Source: Podarcis filfolensis
Taxonomy: Eukaryota
DNA length: 64,000 nucleotides
Strand: one strand, 5' to 3'
NCBI GenBank assembly: GCA_964270895.1
Contig: OZ185446.1
Of the stretch, positions 12,040-24,897 are shown piece by piece (position 1 is the first letter of the stretch; every line of letters begins with the position of its first letter). Position numbers and translations under genes: made by a program. Under the pieces are notes generated by a model that was not told where the DNA came from, ran no database searches, and worked only from the letters and a program-made list of their open reading frames with translations.

Positions 12040-12654
12040 CAGGGGTTCCCAAACTGGTGGTCCGTGACCTTTCTTCAGGCAGTGCAGGATGGGGGCACAA
12101 GCTCAGGGCTGCAGGGGGGGCACTGATCAAAAAGCAGGGCTGGCTTTGCACCCCAACAGACCTCACCACCTCCCTCCCTGCTCCACACCATCCTAGTAAG
12201 TGGCAGGCATTCTTCTGCCAGGAAGCTCCTCCTGGATATAATCTAACAAGTTCCTTTCATGCTGAGTTACACATTTCACTCCCAACTTCTCCATTCTCAC
12301 CAGTGGCAATGCGTCCTTGGCCAGCGCCTGGGCAGGAAAAGGGGTGGGGTGTGGAGGGTGAACAAAACCCGCCGTGGCAGCCCAGCCAATGATGCTGGGT
12401 GGGCCTGGGGCACAGAGGTTCATGGGGCTGTGCCGCCTGTTCAGGCAAGGTCAGGTCAGGCTCTGGGGCCCAGAGACCCCCTGCAGCAGGCAGAGCAGGA
12501 CGGGGATCCCTGTTTGGGGTGACTGCTTTGCGCCCCGTCAAAATCATGTGCCCGGGGTTTTGGCTCCTCTGGCCCTCCCCACACTATGCCCAATTCTCAC
12601 AGCACTCCTTTGACACCTGACAGTATCAAGTTACACTCATTGGGGGAACTCCCT
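12040..12654 (+). mobile_element. Degenerate hAT-type non-autonomous element
   Basis: Starts CAGGGGTTCCCAAACT (typical hAT TIR); probable degenerate right end TGGGGGAACTCCCT; GC-rich interior explains the ORF cluster at 11960-12620. No clear TSD. Confidence 0.55.
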
Positions 12655-13308
12655 CTGTGCCTTATTTTACAGACATACAAACCTAATTTTATTTGTATGC
12701 CGTTTTCCCATGGTTAAACTGGATAGTGGTTGCCTAGAAATACCTGGCCAGATTTTTTTTTGTTTGTCCTTCTGCATGAAAGCTTTGCAATAAGCCCATC
12801 TGTTTATGTGACCTAAGCCTCACTTTTTCAGTTATTTATTTCAGTTATTTATTTTCCTAAAATGAACATCAAAAAAGTTTTATTATGGGCTCTCGCAATC
12901 ATTCATTCAAATATACACACCACATTTTTTCATCATTAACTGGGAAACAAAACAAAAAAGCCCACACTGTTTTGAGCGCAAGACCATTCATTTTGTCCCC
13001 AGAGAAGCACACACATTCATTAGAGAAGGCCTCCAGCTTCCTTCTAGTGAGCTATGAAAAGAGGGAGGGGAAGAGGGTTGTCCCTTAGACGCCACCAGCC
13101 TTAGGGCACCCTGTGTTAAAATGTTGCTGCCATACAGTCCATGGCTAATTGCAGAACTGGGTTTCTTCATGGATATAATTTCAATCCATTTCTGCTTTGT
13201 ACTCAGCTTGCCAATTTGTTTCGATGGTGATGTGGCTGGTGCACCCCTCTCTACCTCAACCCTCAATATAATGCTTGAGCTATTCACATGAGGACACAAT
13301 TAGCATTA

Positions 13309-13550
13309 CAGTGGTACCTCAGGTTAAGTACTTAATTCATTCCGGAGGTCCGTTCTTAACCTGAAACTGTTCTTAACCTGAAGCACCACTTTAGCTAATG
13401 GGGCCTCCTGCTGCCGCCGCGCCGCTGGAGCACGATTTCTGTTCTCATCCTGAAGCAAAGTTCTTAACCTGAAGCACTATTTCTGGGTTAGCGGAGTGAG
13501 TAACTTGAAGCATATGTAACCTGAAGCGTATGTAACCCGAGGTACCACTG
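13309..13550 (+). mobile_element. Tc1/mariner (Tigger-like) MITE, ~240 bp
   Basis: TIRs CAGTGGTACCTC(A/G)GGTT...AACCCGAGGTACCACTG with TA TSD on both sides. Confidence 0.93.
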
Positions 13551-13645
13551 TATTGCATCCTTTAATTTGGAGAGGAAGAACCTTGTGAATTTCAGAAGTA
13601 GCGGCTTTCAGGAGGAAGGTCTGCACGACATTTAACTTAAAAGTA

Positions 13646-13873
13646 CAGGCAACTCCCAATTTACACGCGGGTTATGTTCCAAGGCACTGTGCATTTAAGT
13701 GAAATCACATATATTTGAAACACCACTGAAAAGGCTGCAAACACCCCATTCTGCCCCCGCCCTGCCCTGTTCTACCTGTTTTTGTGACATTTTTGTGTCA
13801 CTTCTGAGTTTGGTGTAATGTGCGCATGCACAGTCGCACACATATCGGACACGCCTAAAGCAGCTGCTGCCTG
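13646..13873. mobile_element. Older Tigger-like MITE of a second family
   Basis: TA|CAGGCAACTC...GCTGCTGCCTG|TA; degenerate TIRs and TA TSD. Confidence 0.55.
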
Positions 13874-14135
13874 TATGTGGTAGGAGGACCCTGATCCATG
13901 CAAAGGGTCCAGCCAGGTCCAACCTGAGCTTGAACTGGGACCATGTCATTATGGTCCTGGGTTGGTTGATAAAATGGAATTGGAAACTGACTGTCAAAAG
14001 ATGGAATCTGAGTATTTCTATTTTAAGTTGCTATATTTTTAGAATTTATATTAAGGTTGTGTTTTTTGTAATGCTTTATGCTGTCTTTATCAAGATTTTG
14101 CAATCGGCCTTGAAGGCATGTATAGAAGGCAGAGG

Positions 14136-14187
14136 AAGGAAGGAAGGAAGGAAGGAAGGAAGGAAGGAAGGAAGGAAGGAAGGAAGG
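14136..14187. repeat. (GGAA)n microsatellite
   Basis: Direct reading of the sequence. Confidence 0.98.
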
Positions 14188-15034
14188 CAGCGTCCATAGT
14201 GAGCAGGTAATTAGTTGATTAATTATTATTTCTCATGCAGGAACATGACAGGATGTATAGCCTTAAAAAAACCCCTCACCATCTTTTTATTTTTCTTTTA
14301 TTGAAAGGTACACACTTGCTGAAATGCCTCTATGTTATTTAGGCTACTATTAAGCAGATGGCCCAATCACAGCGATTACAGAGTGTTCTGGTCACTCACC
14401 AATGGAAACATCTGTTTCCCCCTATATGCACTTTGCACGCAAATCATGACTTAACCTTATTGGGGGGAAGTGGATGGACTGTGTGGTTGGCAATGCGAGT
14501 CATGATATAAGCATTTCCTGACTTTTGAACATTTTCAGTTTTGAGGCCTAATTAATATTTTGTGTATACCACACCCCTGAATTTAAATGGGCAACAGGAG
14601 TTGGTACGCACAACCGTTCACAGCTTCCACCTCTCTAACAGAGTAATCCAGGGCAATAGAGAGGACATTTAATAGTTGTGTGGAAGAACACTTTTTTTCA
14701 GATGCAGCCTATGATGACAATAGTAGATTTCTGGTTTGTGTCATTTTCACATGTGTGAACCATAAATTCATTCCATTCTAATTTGCATTGTTTAAAAATC
14801 TGCACCAAACCTTCCTCTTAACAGTGTTAAAAGAAGTGTTGAGAAGTGCAAAAGCACACAAAATACCTAAGTTCCAATTCACACATAAGTCTGAGTGATG
14901 CAAATCAGACCAGTCCATATCAGGATTTGCAGATACTGAAATTCTCAAGCACAGCTATGCCAAAGTGCTTCAGGAGGAAGAAAATCTGTACCGTCTGGAA
15001 TATCCTTATCTGTCAGAACAAGGATAAGGAACTT

Positions 15035-15140
15035 TTGGCCCTCCAAAGTTTGTGGAACTCCAGCTCACATCCACCCTGACCAGTGGTCTGAAGTTGTAGT
15101 CCAGCAACATGTCGAACGTCTTGGTTTCCCTATCCCTGTT
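15035..15140. mobile_element. Degenerate short palindromic hAT-type MITE
   Basis: GGCCCTCCA...ACTCCAGCTC...GTTGTAGTCCAGCAACAT is similar to the intact 128-bp element at 48201-48328. Confidence 0.5.
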
Positions 15141-15457
15141 TCAGACTGCAGAGGGATTGGCCTAACTAACTACAATGTTTGACAGGAGTTTAACCTTCAG
15201 ACACAATGAGCAAGTCTTGGCTGTCACAATATGGCCTGGTTGGGGGGCAGCCTCTTTAGCGACCTCTGCACTAAACACATCTACAGAGATGATCTGGGTC
15301 AATTTCACTTCCATGCTGATAGAGCATGACTTGCCCACATTTACCCAGCAACCTCGTGGCTGAGCATGCATTTAACCCAAGTCTCCCTGACCAGGGCTTT
15401 TCCATGCAAGCAAATGAAGTTCTACTAAATAGGAAGTGTTTCATTTCTCTTCTTGTA

Positions 15458-15699
15458 CAGTGGTACTTCAGGTTAAGTACTTAATTCATTCCGGAGGTCC
15501 GTACTTAACCTGAAACTGTTCTTAACCTGAAGCACCACTTTAGCTAATGGGGCCTCCTGCTGCTGCCGCGCCGCTGGAGCACAATTTCTGTTCTCATCCT
15601 GAAGCAAAGTTCTTAACCTGAAGCACTATTTCTGGGTTAGCGGAGTCTGTATCCTGAAGCGTATGTAACCTGAAGCATATGTAACCCGAGGTACCACTG
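15458..15699 (+). mobile_element. Tigger-like MITE, ~240 bp
   Basis: Same TIRs, TA TSD. Confidence 0.93.
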
Positions 15700-16299
15700 T
15701 ATTGGGATAGGGGCTATCCATGCTGTATTAGTTAGTCTAGTTCAGTCTTTCCCCTTCTTTTTGCTATTGCACTATTCTTTCAATTTTCCACCATGCCCCC
15801 CTTTAACATGGAATTCCATGTTGAAATAAAGTTGCAAATGCAGTCAACAAAAAGGATCACCTCAAGAAGATCACTAGTTAAGAGAAGTACATTGATGCAG
15901 CCATACTGATCTTGTGCTGTTGTGTTTCCTGCAGTAAAAAAGCATAAAGTGTGGACCAACATCCATCCCAAAATGTATGGTGATCATATGCCAAGCACAA
16001 ATGGTTTCCTCGGGGCCTGTCCCAGGCTGGCTGGTGTTAAAGGCTGGTGTTGCCCCTATGGTTGCCCTTCCAGTTTGAAGTGGCCACAAATGGCAAGCGT
16101 TCTCAGAAATTAGTGCACTCACAGTTCCACTGACAGTCTATAAAAACCCAACCTTAAACAGTTGCCATTGGGCAGCTGGAAGAAAGGAGGGACATCATGA
16201 GTTTGGTATCATAGCAGAACTTGAAGCCATGGTGGATGCAAACTATTAAATCAAAAGTTGTGTCTGGTCTGCTTCTGTGGCAAATCAGGTTTCTGGATG

Positions 16300-16530
16300 C
16301 AGTGGTACCTCGGGTTACAGACGCTTTGGGTTGCATACGTTTCAGGTTACAGACTCCGCTAACCCAGAAATATTACCTCGGGTTAAGAACTTTGCTTCAG
16401 GATGAGAACAGAAATTGCGTGGCAGCAGCGGGAGGCCCCATTAGCTAAAGTGATACCTCAGGTTAAGAACAGTTTCAGGTTAAGAACAGACCTCCAGAAT
16501 GAATTAAGTTCTTAACCTGAGGTACCACTG
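16300..16530 (-). mobile_element. Tigger-like MITE, ~240 bp (opposite orientation)
   Basis: Same TIRs; left TA mutated to TG. Confidence 0.92.
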
Positions 16531-18834
16531 TATTGGAAGCAGAAATCTTATGCACCCCCCCCCCATCCATGTTAATGTAGGATATATGCAACACTCCTGC
16601 AAGGGGTTATTCTTTCCCACTTCAGGCTGCTACAGGAAAGACAGTGAATTTGGGATGTTAAAGCAGTTGCCCCTCTCATCCACCAGATAACCCTCGTCTT
16701 ATTTTCCAGTTTTTACTACTAGGTTTAAATGGATGCACTGAGAGTCTGTTGATGAAAGACAGATTGCCTGATGTAAAAATGTTGTGGAACAAGAGCATAT
16801 CTGATGTTCAGGGCTGCAGCTCTTGACTGTGAGGTCAAAGAAGGTTTGGCTTTGCCCATGCCCTTGTGGAAAATGAAAGGATGCAAGATCTCCTCAGAGA
16901 GTCTCAGCCTCCACCTTGCCTCACATCCGCTTCAAGATGTTTTTAGAGAGAACATTTCTTCCCTGCACCTGCTTCCGCCCTTCCCCCCATGCTCCTCAGG
17001 CACGGACATGGACATGGCCTGGTGCTTGTTTATAATCTTCTCTGGCTGTTGAACGTCTGCTGGACTGGAGTCCAGTTCCTAAAGGCAGCTGTCATAGTTC
17101 AGAGTTGGGAGTGGTGCAGCTACTGTCATCTATGAGGTCTCAACTCAAAAATGGATTTTGGCAACTCCCAAAGGGATGTGCTCCTAGTCGTAGCTAAGCT
17201 AATGCCATAAATGTGAACCCTGCTTTTTTATGAGTCTATGGTGCTGAATAAAACTGGAGTGCCGTTTGGGAATTTTGCTTTTTTGTAATATGGGCAAAGG
17301 AGGCCTTACAAACGAGGCCTTACATTCCAAGTTCCTAGCAACATCCTGATTGATTGCAGTTTGTTAGGAACCTGGAGAAGCCTGGAAGGATTCAGGTGGC
17401 TGCAAGGAGGACTCAGGCTTTAAGTAACAAATACTCAGATGAGCTCAAGCATTCTGGGTTTTCTTGTGCTTAATATGTTACATTGCTATGTCAATATGTA
17501 ATGGTCACAGATGGCAATATTAGTCATGAAAGAACAAAGAAGCCAAGTCCATAGCCAAATTAAGAGGGGAATAGAGGGGAATGAACTTGCGCAGAAGGCA
17601 GGATTTACTTCTAAAGCTGCTTAAACACCATTGAACACCTTTACAAGATCCACATGTTGGTAAAAGCAGCTTTTGAAGACTGTAAATCTTTTAAGCTGGC
17701 TGACATCCATCGGCAAAAGTTGAAGCAAGAACTCCAGTGAAAAAAATGCTCAGAAGTGAATGGGATGATCTTAATTTAACAATGGGCACTCGTCCCACAA
17801 ATTCTCATGCAAAGCAGCCGTGGCTTCCCCTCTTTTATTAATTAACTGTGCAACCATTTCCAGCAGGAGGATTAAGAATGTTTATATCTATCTTTACATC
17901 ATTTCACTGGCCACATTAACCACTTCTGCACGTGTTGGTTGCTCTTTCAGCACAAGAAGCTCAGGAAGGGGCAATTAGGTTCATAAGGGAGGAACTTAAT
18001 TGAGGAATTAAGTACTGACAAATACCATTTGCTAAGAATTGCAGCAACAACCACCACCACCACCACCAGTCCTCAAGGCTGATGCAATGGCCCAGATCTA
18101 AAGCCCACTGTGATTATAGTGTTCCCTCCCTGTTCTGAAAAGCTCCTATGTCATATTTTTTTAATAACAAACAAACAAACCCTACTTTTGGAACTCCTTT
18201 CCATTTTAAAATTTATTTCCCATACAACTGTTGTTTGTGAAGCACAGCTTCAAAGTTCTGGACTTGTATGGTTCTTTGGACCCCGCCAGATGTACTCTCT
18301 CCAAACTAATCTAAAACAGTAACTACCATAGGTCATTTTGATTTAATTCAATCAGAACTATAGTCTGAAAAACAAACTTGGCACCCTGTGAAGCATAAAA
18401 ATGAAAGGGTAAAGTGAGAGTTAAGGGAAGTCATCTTCAGGGAAATCTTTTGGATATATGTTGCCTTCCTGGTGTTGTTCAAGACATTGATGAGGTGACC
18501 ACCCTCCTATGTACAGAGATGCTCAAGTGAAATAAGGGATCCCAGTTCATACTCCAATAGGATTTCTGTCAAACATTCATATCAGTTGATCAGTTCTCAC
18601 TCAGGAGGAAAAATAGTTGAGAGCAGGTCAAGTATAAGTTGGTATAATGGCATGCGTGTAAGCAATGGACATTTTTTATGATATGTAGCATGTAAAAGAT
18701 AATGTTTGGTTGGACTGTGAAAGATGAATGAGCCTCTGCATAAGATGAAGGAAAATACTCCCGGCTGGGCAAAGACATTAATAACTGAACTATGAATTCT
18801 TCCAAGAAATTTAGAGTGTCACAAGGCTTTCCTC

Positions 18835-19698
18835 ATACCTTCCTATAAGGAAAGATTGCAACATTTGGGACTTTATAGTGTTGAAAAAAGGCAAGTCAGG
18901 GGTGACATGATAGCAATATCTAAAATTCTGCATGGTGTGCAGAAAGAGACTACAGATATTTTTTATTCTCTCTTACATTGTGCGGGTGGCGCTGTGGGTT
19001 AAACCACAGAGCCTAGGACTTGCTGATCAGAAGGTCGGCGGTTCGAATCCCCACGACAAGGTGAGCTCCTGTTGCTCGGTCCCTGCTGCTGCCCACCTAG
19101 CAGTTCAAAAGCACGTCAAAGTGCAAGTAGATAAATAGGTACCACTCTGGCGGGAAGGTAAACAACGTTTCCGTGCGCTGCTCTGGTTCGCCAGAAGAGG
19201 CTTAGTCATGCTGGCCACATGACCCGGAAGCTGTACGCCGGCTCCCTCGGCCAATAAAGAGAGATGAGCACTGCAACCCCTGAGTCGGCCATGACTAGAC
19301 CTAATGGTCAGGGGTCCCTTTACCTTTACCTTTATATTATTAGTACCCAGGGTCACCCTGTGCAACTGAATGTGGGAAGATTTGGGGTAGACCAAAGGAA
19401 GTATTTCTTCACATAGTTAAACTATGAAATTCATTATTGCAAGATGAGGCGATAGCTACCACCCTGAATGACTTTAAAAGGAGTGTAGAACAATTCTTTG
19501 AGGATAAGGCTACCCCGGCCATTAGCCATGGAAGCTCTGTCTGCATTTGGAATACCAGTTGCACAAGTGGGGAAATGCAGTTGCACTGAGCTCCTGCCTG
19601 TGGGCTTCTCCTCAGTGTCTGGTTGATGGCTGCGAGAACAGTGAACTGGACTAGATGGGTATTGGGTCTGATTCAGCAAGGATCTTCTTAGGTTCTTA
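18835..19698 (+). mobile_element. Old CR1 LINE 3' fragment interrupted by a Sauria SINE
   Basis: CR1-like degenerate coding sequence (...GDMIAISKILHG...) resumes after the SINE and ends ...GATTCAGCAAGGATCTTCTTAGGTTCTTA, a CR1 3' end. Confidence 0.75.
18980..19333 (+). mobile_element. Sauria SINE, full length
   Basis: tRNA-derived head (GTGGCGCTGTGG...GGTTCGAATCCC), Sauria core, (TTTACC)n tail. Confidence 0.95.
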
Positions 19699-19929
19699 GT
19701 TCTCGCAAGCAGCAAAAATCTGTCTTGGCTGCAGCACTTCACTTTGAGATGGAGGTTCACAGGATCAAATGCTCCTTGGTTAAAATAACAATCCATAACT
19801 GAAACACAGACATGTCAGGGAGTATGCTAGCATACAACCCTAATAATGTGACCCTCTATCAGGCCTAACACATTTTGCTGCCTGGTGTTAACAAGGAACA
19901 GCATCGCCTCCCCTGGCTAGATCAAGGTG

Positions 19930-20330
19930 CTCAGTACCCAAGGTTGACCCAATTATATTGCAGGACATCTTTGGGAGAAGAAAAGACTAAGGAGTAAACC
20001 CCACCCAAATCCGGAGTGGAGTTCCTAAGATGGTTGGGCGGCGTCTTGGACACTTCCTTCTGGCAACTCCTGCAGCCAAGCTGGTGCCAAACGTGTTTCT
20101 CTGCTTTCCTTTGGACCACATCAGCGAGACCGAGAGGGGAGTCTTGTCATCTGAGCAGCCTAGGATCTCTATACACACTGCCCATGCTTGTGCCCCAGTG
20201 TGGCGGGTGGTGGTATCTCACTTCAGTGCTGCTAATGGAACAGAAGCAATGTGAGTGGCAGCAAGCACTGTGATTCTCCAGTAGTTTGACTTCACCCCTG
20301 GAGGTGCACTGCATTGGCTGAAGATATTTC
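19930..20330 (+). mobile_element. Lizard interspersed retroposon fragment (family uncertain, RTE/SINE-related)
   Basis: GGAGTAAACCCCACCCAAATCCGGAGTGGAG...GGCAACTCCTGCAGCCAAGCTGGTGCCAAACG...TTTGACTTCACCCCTGGAGG, recalled from memory as a recurrent lizard repeat; not verified. Confidence 0.5.
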
Positions 20331-22822
20331 TGCTTGTGAGTGGAGGACCGGCAACCTGCGTAGGGGTAAATAAGACACAAGGACACATGTATATTAGGTT
20401 AATGGGCTAAAGAAGGCCACAACTTTGTTGGTTGCAGCATGTGAGTGGTATTGGCTTAGGCATTGGATCAAACAGTCTATATATGACCCCACCCCGCAGA
20501 GCGGGGGGCATTTCTGCTGACGTGGGAATGGCTCCCACTCCCAACACATCCCCTCTGGGAGGAGGAGGGGCTTTATAGAAGAAATTGTTTTCTGTGGACC
20601 ATATACTTATGTGAAAGCTGCAAGTTTCCCCAAGCTCTTCCAGTTCATTTTATCATTCCAAGTGAGAAATTGACTCTGTATGCATTGCCCCCAAAGGGAA
20701 ATTACTGGCCGAGTAAGTTCCATTGTGTGTATGGATTTCAGAATTTCCATCTACTTTGGGCATATATGTAGAAGCCCCTTAAAAAATCTTATTTTTAAAA
20801 ACAAGTTTTATCGGTGCCACTACTCAGGAGGCCTGACTTTAATTTATAAAATGGTACATTTATTCTATGATGATTAATGGGTGGGAGTTACCAGCAAAAA
20901 GCTGCATTCACCCAACAGATGTCATAAGAGCTTTAGAACATACGAAGAGTCGATGACATGAAAGGATTCTGTGAATATGAAATCTGGAGTGAGGATGCTT
21001 TCTCTCCCTGCCCCCACCCAAGCTCTGGAAACTTTAGCAGTGTTTGGCAGCTGTTTGCTTTACAAAGATAACCAGAAACAGTAAGAGGATTATCAGGCTG
21101 CTCTGGCAGACTCTTGGCATTTTGGAGAGCCATAAGCATTGATCCAAAGACAATTTGGCTAGCAAACCCAGATGCCCATCCCTTTGCATGGAGAAGAGGA
21201 TGCTGAGCGAACACGCACCTGGAAATGGATATTGGGAACAGCATCCAAGACTGGTGGCAGCATTTTTTAAACAAACAAACAAACAAACATGTTAGCATTG
21301 CAGCTATAACAATATATAGTAAGTGGAGAATATTAAAAATGTAAGTAAATCCTGAAACGTTGCTTAAAATATACCAAGTATTTTAGGAGTGTTTGTTACA
21401 CAATAATTGATACCTGTGCAAAATGTGATGCGAGTCACTCAATGCTATTGCCCCTTCAACCCACTTTTCTGGTTTTCTCTCCTAAGAGTCAGCCAGCACT
21501 GGAACTAGCCATGGAGCTAGCTCCATCTGCATGGTTCTAGATGTTCCTTCTTTAGATTTCCCCCTATTTTTATACTATCATTATGGGGTTTCTTGAGCTT
21601 GGAGCCTCCCATTTGTGCATGGGTGCTGCCATGTCGGCAAGATATGGAATGGTACTCACAGCCTGAACCTCAAAAATGGAGTGAATAATTGCAGTTGACC
21701 ATGAGGACAGAAGCCAACTTGCAGGTTGCCCTGGGCAGAATATGTTGTACCTTTTTATGTGGATAACAATTTTCCAGTGCACTTGGATAGCTTTGAACTC
21801 TGAACTTAATGGTCTTATGCCCATCCATCTTTTTTGATAGCAGTGTGCATTACTTCACTTATTTTAAAATGTGGTCATCCATCACTGCTACAGCTGCAGA
21901 ATACTACTTGTTCTGCAGTCCTGGACCTCTGTCCCAGAGTCCTACGCTGAGAGTACCACTATTCCTAGAAGGCAAGAAATGGCAAAACTTGGGGCCCTCA
22001 AGAAAGCACTGGACCCTGATTCCCTTCTTTATCAGCCAGAATGGCCAACATAAATGAATGATGTGAATTGGGTGTCTGACAACATCCCCAATCCCCAATC
22101 CCTGCCTTAGAATGATCTTGTGGGGTTGATTAGGCTGAGATATAAGTCCCCTTCATGCATTATCCTCCATGTCATCATCTTCATGTGGGGGGAAAATGGG
22201 GGCACATCTGCTCCTGCCCCTGCCACTGCATTCCCATTGGTCCTGCTCCCCCACTGGCCATGGGTTGGCAGAGCACGTATGTAGATATGCATAGTCTCCT
22301 TCTGTGGCATGGAGCCCTAATCGCACAGGATTCCACCTCACAGAGGGAACCTACATACATAGGTCAGACTTTCCCAACAGATGCGCTCCCCATAGATGGT
22401 GAGCTTAGAGCCAATGGGGACATGACATCAAGGGTGGGCCCAGGAGGTGTGGCCCCATCCTCCCACTTCACATAATTAGGGTTGTGTAGAGTGTGGAGCA
22501 GCTATAGTGAATTGCCCATCCAGTGATAGGCAAGTAAGGACTCAGGCTTAGCTCATCCAAATACTGCTCTCTAATAACTACCCCATATCAAAATGGAAGA
22601 GGTATATTCTTCCTTTCTTCCCCTCTTTGCACATGTTTTGTTTTGCTATGATTAATCAGGAAAGTCACATATCAAGTGTGCTTGCAACAATGCTTGCAAA
22701 AGCCTACACAAAATAAATTAAACAAGACTGCAAACATTGCCTTATTCAATTATTGTCATGGCTGCAATGTCACCACTGATGAGGAGAGTGTGTTTGTTTG
22801 TTTGTTTGTTTGTAAGTCTTAC

Positions 22823-22850
22823 CTGTGTGGATTTTAATCTGTCTTTAAAT
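22823..22850 (-). CDS. Candidate 28-nt internal exon (RFKDRLKSTQ)
   Basis: cttacag acceptor, CAG|gtaaga donor, single open frame in phase with 24808-24897. Confidence 0.28.
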
Positions 22851-24139
22851 CTGTAAGCGCTAATCTTACAGAGCAGGTTTTTTATTGGTCAAGTGTGTTA
22901 TTGCCACAAAACAAATTTAGATTGAACCATCCACATGGGATTTCACTTTGATCATGGACAGACTGAAGACTAAACCCAGTACTTTCTGCAAGTGTGGAGT
23001 ACCATGTGAAATACTACTAGAACTTCAGATCAGGGGAATGATTGTTTAAACAGGTGTGGTGTCAAGAGCAGGTGAAATACCGGTGCTGTTGGGGCCGCTC
23101 ATATTTCATCAGGGGGAGATTTTTACAATACTGGTGCCCCAGTGAAAAAGCCCCCCTCCATGGTACTACAAGCTGATACTTATCAGATATGCTTTTAACC
23201 TTCTTCACAATTCAGGCTGCAACTTTCTCAGGATGCCTTACCTACAGTACTTTCTAAAGTTTTCAGCACAGTAACAGTGCCAAATAAATAAATATTATCC
23301 TATATCCGTCGTGCAAATTGAGATCAGGCTACACTGCATGTCAAGTAACCCCTGTGGCCATTCATCAATTATTACCACGTCTGTCTTGACGCTACTTTGC
23401 CTCAATAAAATCAGTGAGTTGGACAGAACCGGGCCAAAGGCACAAACAGGAAATGTTTCCATCTCATGAGCTAATAACTCATTTTAGATCAGTGGCAAAC
23501 CATGAAAAACCTTTCACTATCATCGAACATGTGTGCTCCCACAACAATATACTCTAAAACTATCCCTGGGAAATTTTCTTTGAGGCCACAATATGATACT
23601 AAAATGTATACTAATAGGTATCCACAAGTCTGGTTAATTTCACGGAAATGAACTGGTAGAATTACAACATGCTGACAGGACTCATCAGGAGAATTTATTT
23701 CTGTGCTTTTCGGGCCCATGACCTGTGAATGGGAAAATATTTGCTTATGTCTTCTGTTTAAGCTCTAAATTAAAGTGACATCTTTTAATAAAAATGCCAT
23801 ATTTACATAATAAGAAATATATGGGTTTTAACCAAAGCATGATTATCAGCAAAGCCACAATATGTATATTCAATAAGCTTTTGTATTATACTGCATGGTT
23901 CTCTCCCCTGCCCCCATCCCGCTTCTTCTGTCAGATAATGTAAATTGTTCTAAGCAGTGACAATTACTGTAGTGGATTCTTTATTGAATTTTCAGGGCAG
24001 AACTAAATGTTGTCTTCCAGCAAATGTAGCAAGAGGTAGATGGTAACTTTTGTAAAATGAAAACTGATTTGGGGAGAGGGATTTTAAGCAAAATATTGGT
24101 GGGGGAAGAGGGTGAAATTCTGCTAGAATTCCTCCAATA

Positions 24140-24378
24140 CAGTGGAACCTCGGGTTACATACCGCCCTCCTTACAAACGCTTCAGGTAATGAGCTCCACT
24201 AACCTGGAAGTAGATGCTCCTGGCAACAAACTTTGCCCCAGGATGCGAGTGGAAGTCGTGTGGTGGCGCGGCGGCAGCGGGAGGCCCCATTGGCGAAAGC
24301 GCGCCTCAGGTTATGAACAGTTTCGGGTTAAGAATGGACCTCCGGAACGAATTAAGTTCATAACCGGAGGTACCACTG
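24140..24378 (-). mobile_element. Tigger-like MITE, divergent subfamily
   Basis: TA|CAGTGGAACCTCGGGTT...AACCGGAGGTACCACTG|TA; interior is homologous to, but clearly diverged from, the other copies. Confidence 0.88.
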
Positions 24379-24807
24379 TAAACTGTACATTCCTCTCTCT
24401 TTGCAGGCTTCTAGATATCTTGGCCCCCACAAATAGACATTTGGAACATAGAGGGGGAAGAAAAGCAGTGGGCAGGTGTTAGAGTTGTTCAGCGGAATCC
24501 CAGATCTGGACTTGTGTTAAAATAAGTGAACATTCCACGCCAAGAATGGCTTTCAAAGAGTTACCGCAGAACAGTCTTAAAACTAGTTACATGTAAATGT
24601 TACTAAAAAACAAAATGCAAAATAACACATTGCATTCAAGTATCAGGCAATGCAGTTAAGTCCTTCTCTTTTGGTGCCAGAGAGCGACACCATTATGCTG
24701 GAAGCTCCTTCTCCCAGCACTTGAGCTGGCCATCTCTCTGCTGGCTTCCCACAACACAGAGATGTTGAGCTTCTCCTGTTTCAATTGCCTGCTGATGAGG
24801 GACTTAC

Positions 24808-24897
24808 CTGTAGCCTAAACTTTCAAATAGGAAATTACCCCACATTTCTGATGCTTTTGCCAAAGTGAATCCTCTCTGCTTAATGTAAACGTCGATG
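24808..24897 (-). CDS. Candidate 90-nt internal exon (IDVYIKQRGFTLAKASEMWGNFLFESLGY)
   Basis: Perfect CAG|gtaagt donor, ttttgcatttgcaaag acceptor, only one open frame. An alternative 7-nt exon at 24808-24814 is also possible. Protein not recognised. Confidence 0.3.

Noticed and set aside
24057-24482. 141-aa ORF
   Set aside because: Runs through a MITE; no protein signature.
24808-24897. LFESLGY resemblance to the caspase p20 helix
   Set aside because: Spacing from the R-x-G motif does not fit, and no QACRG/SHG exon was found.
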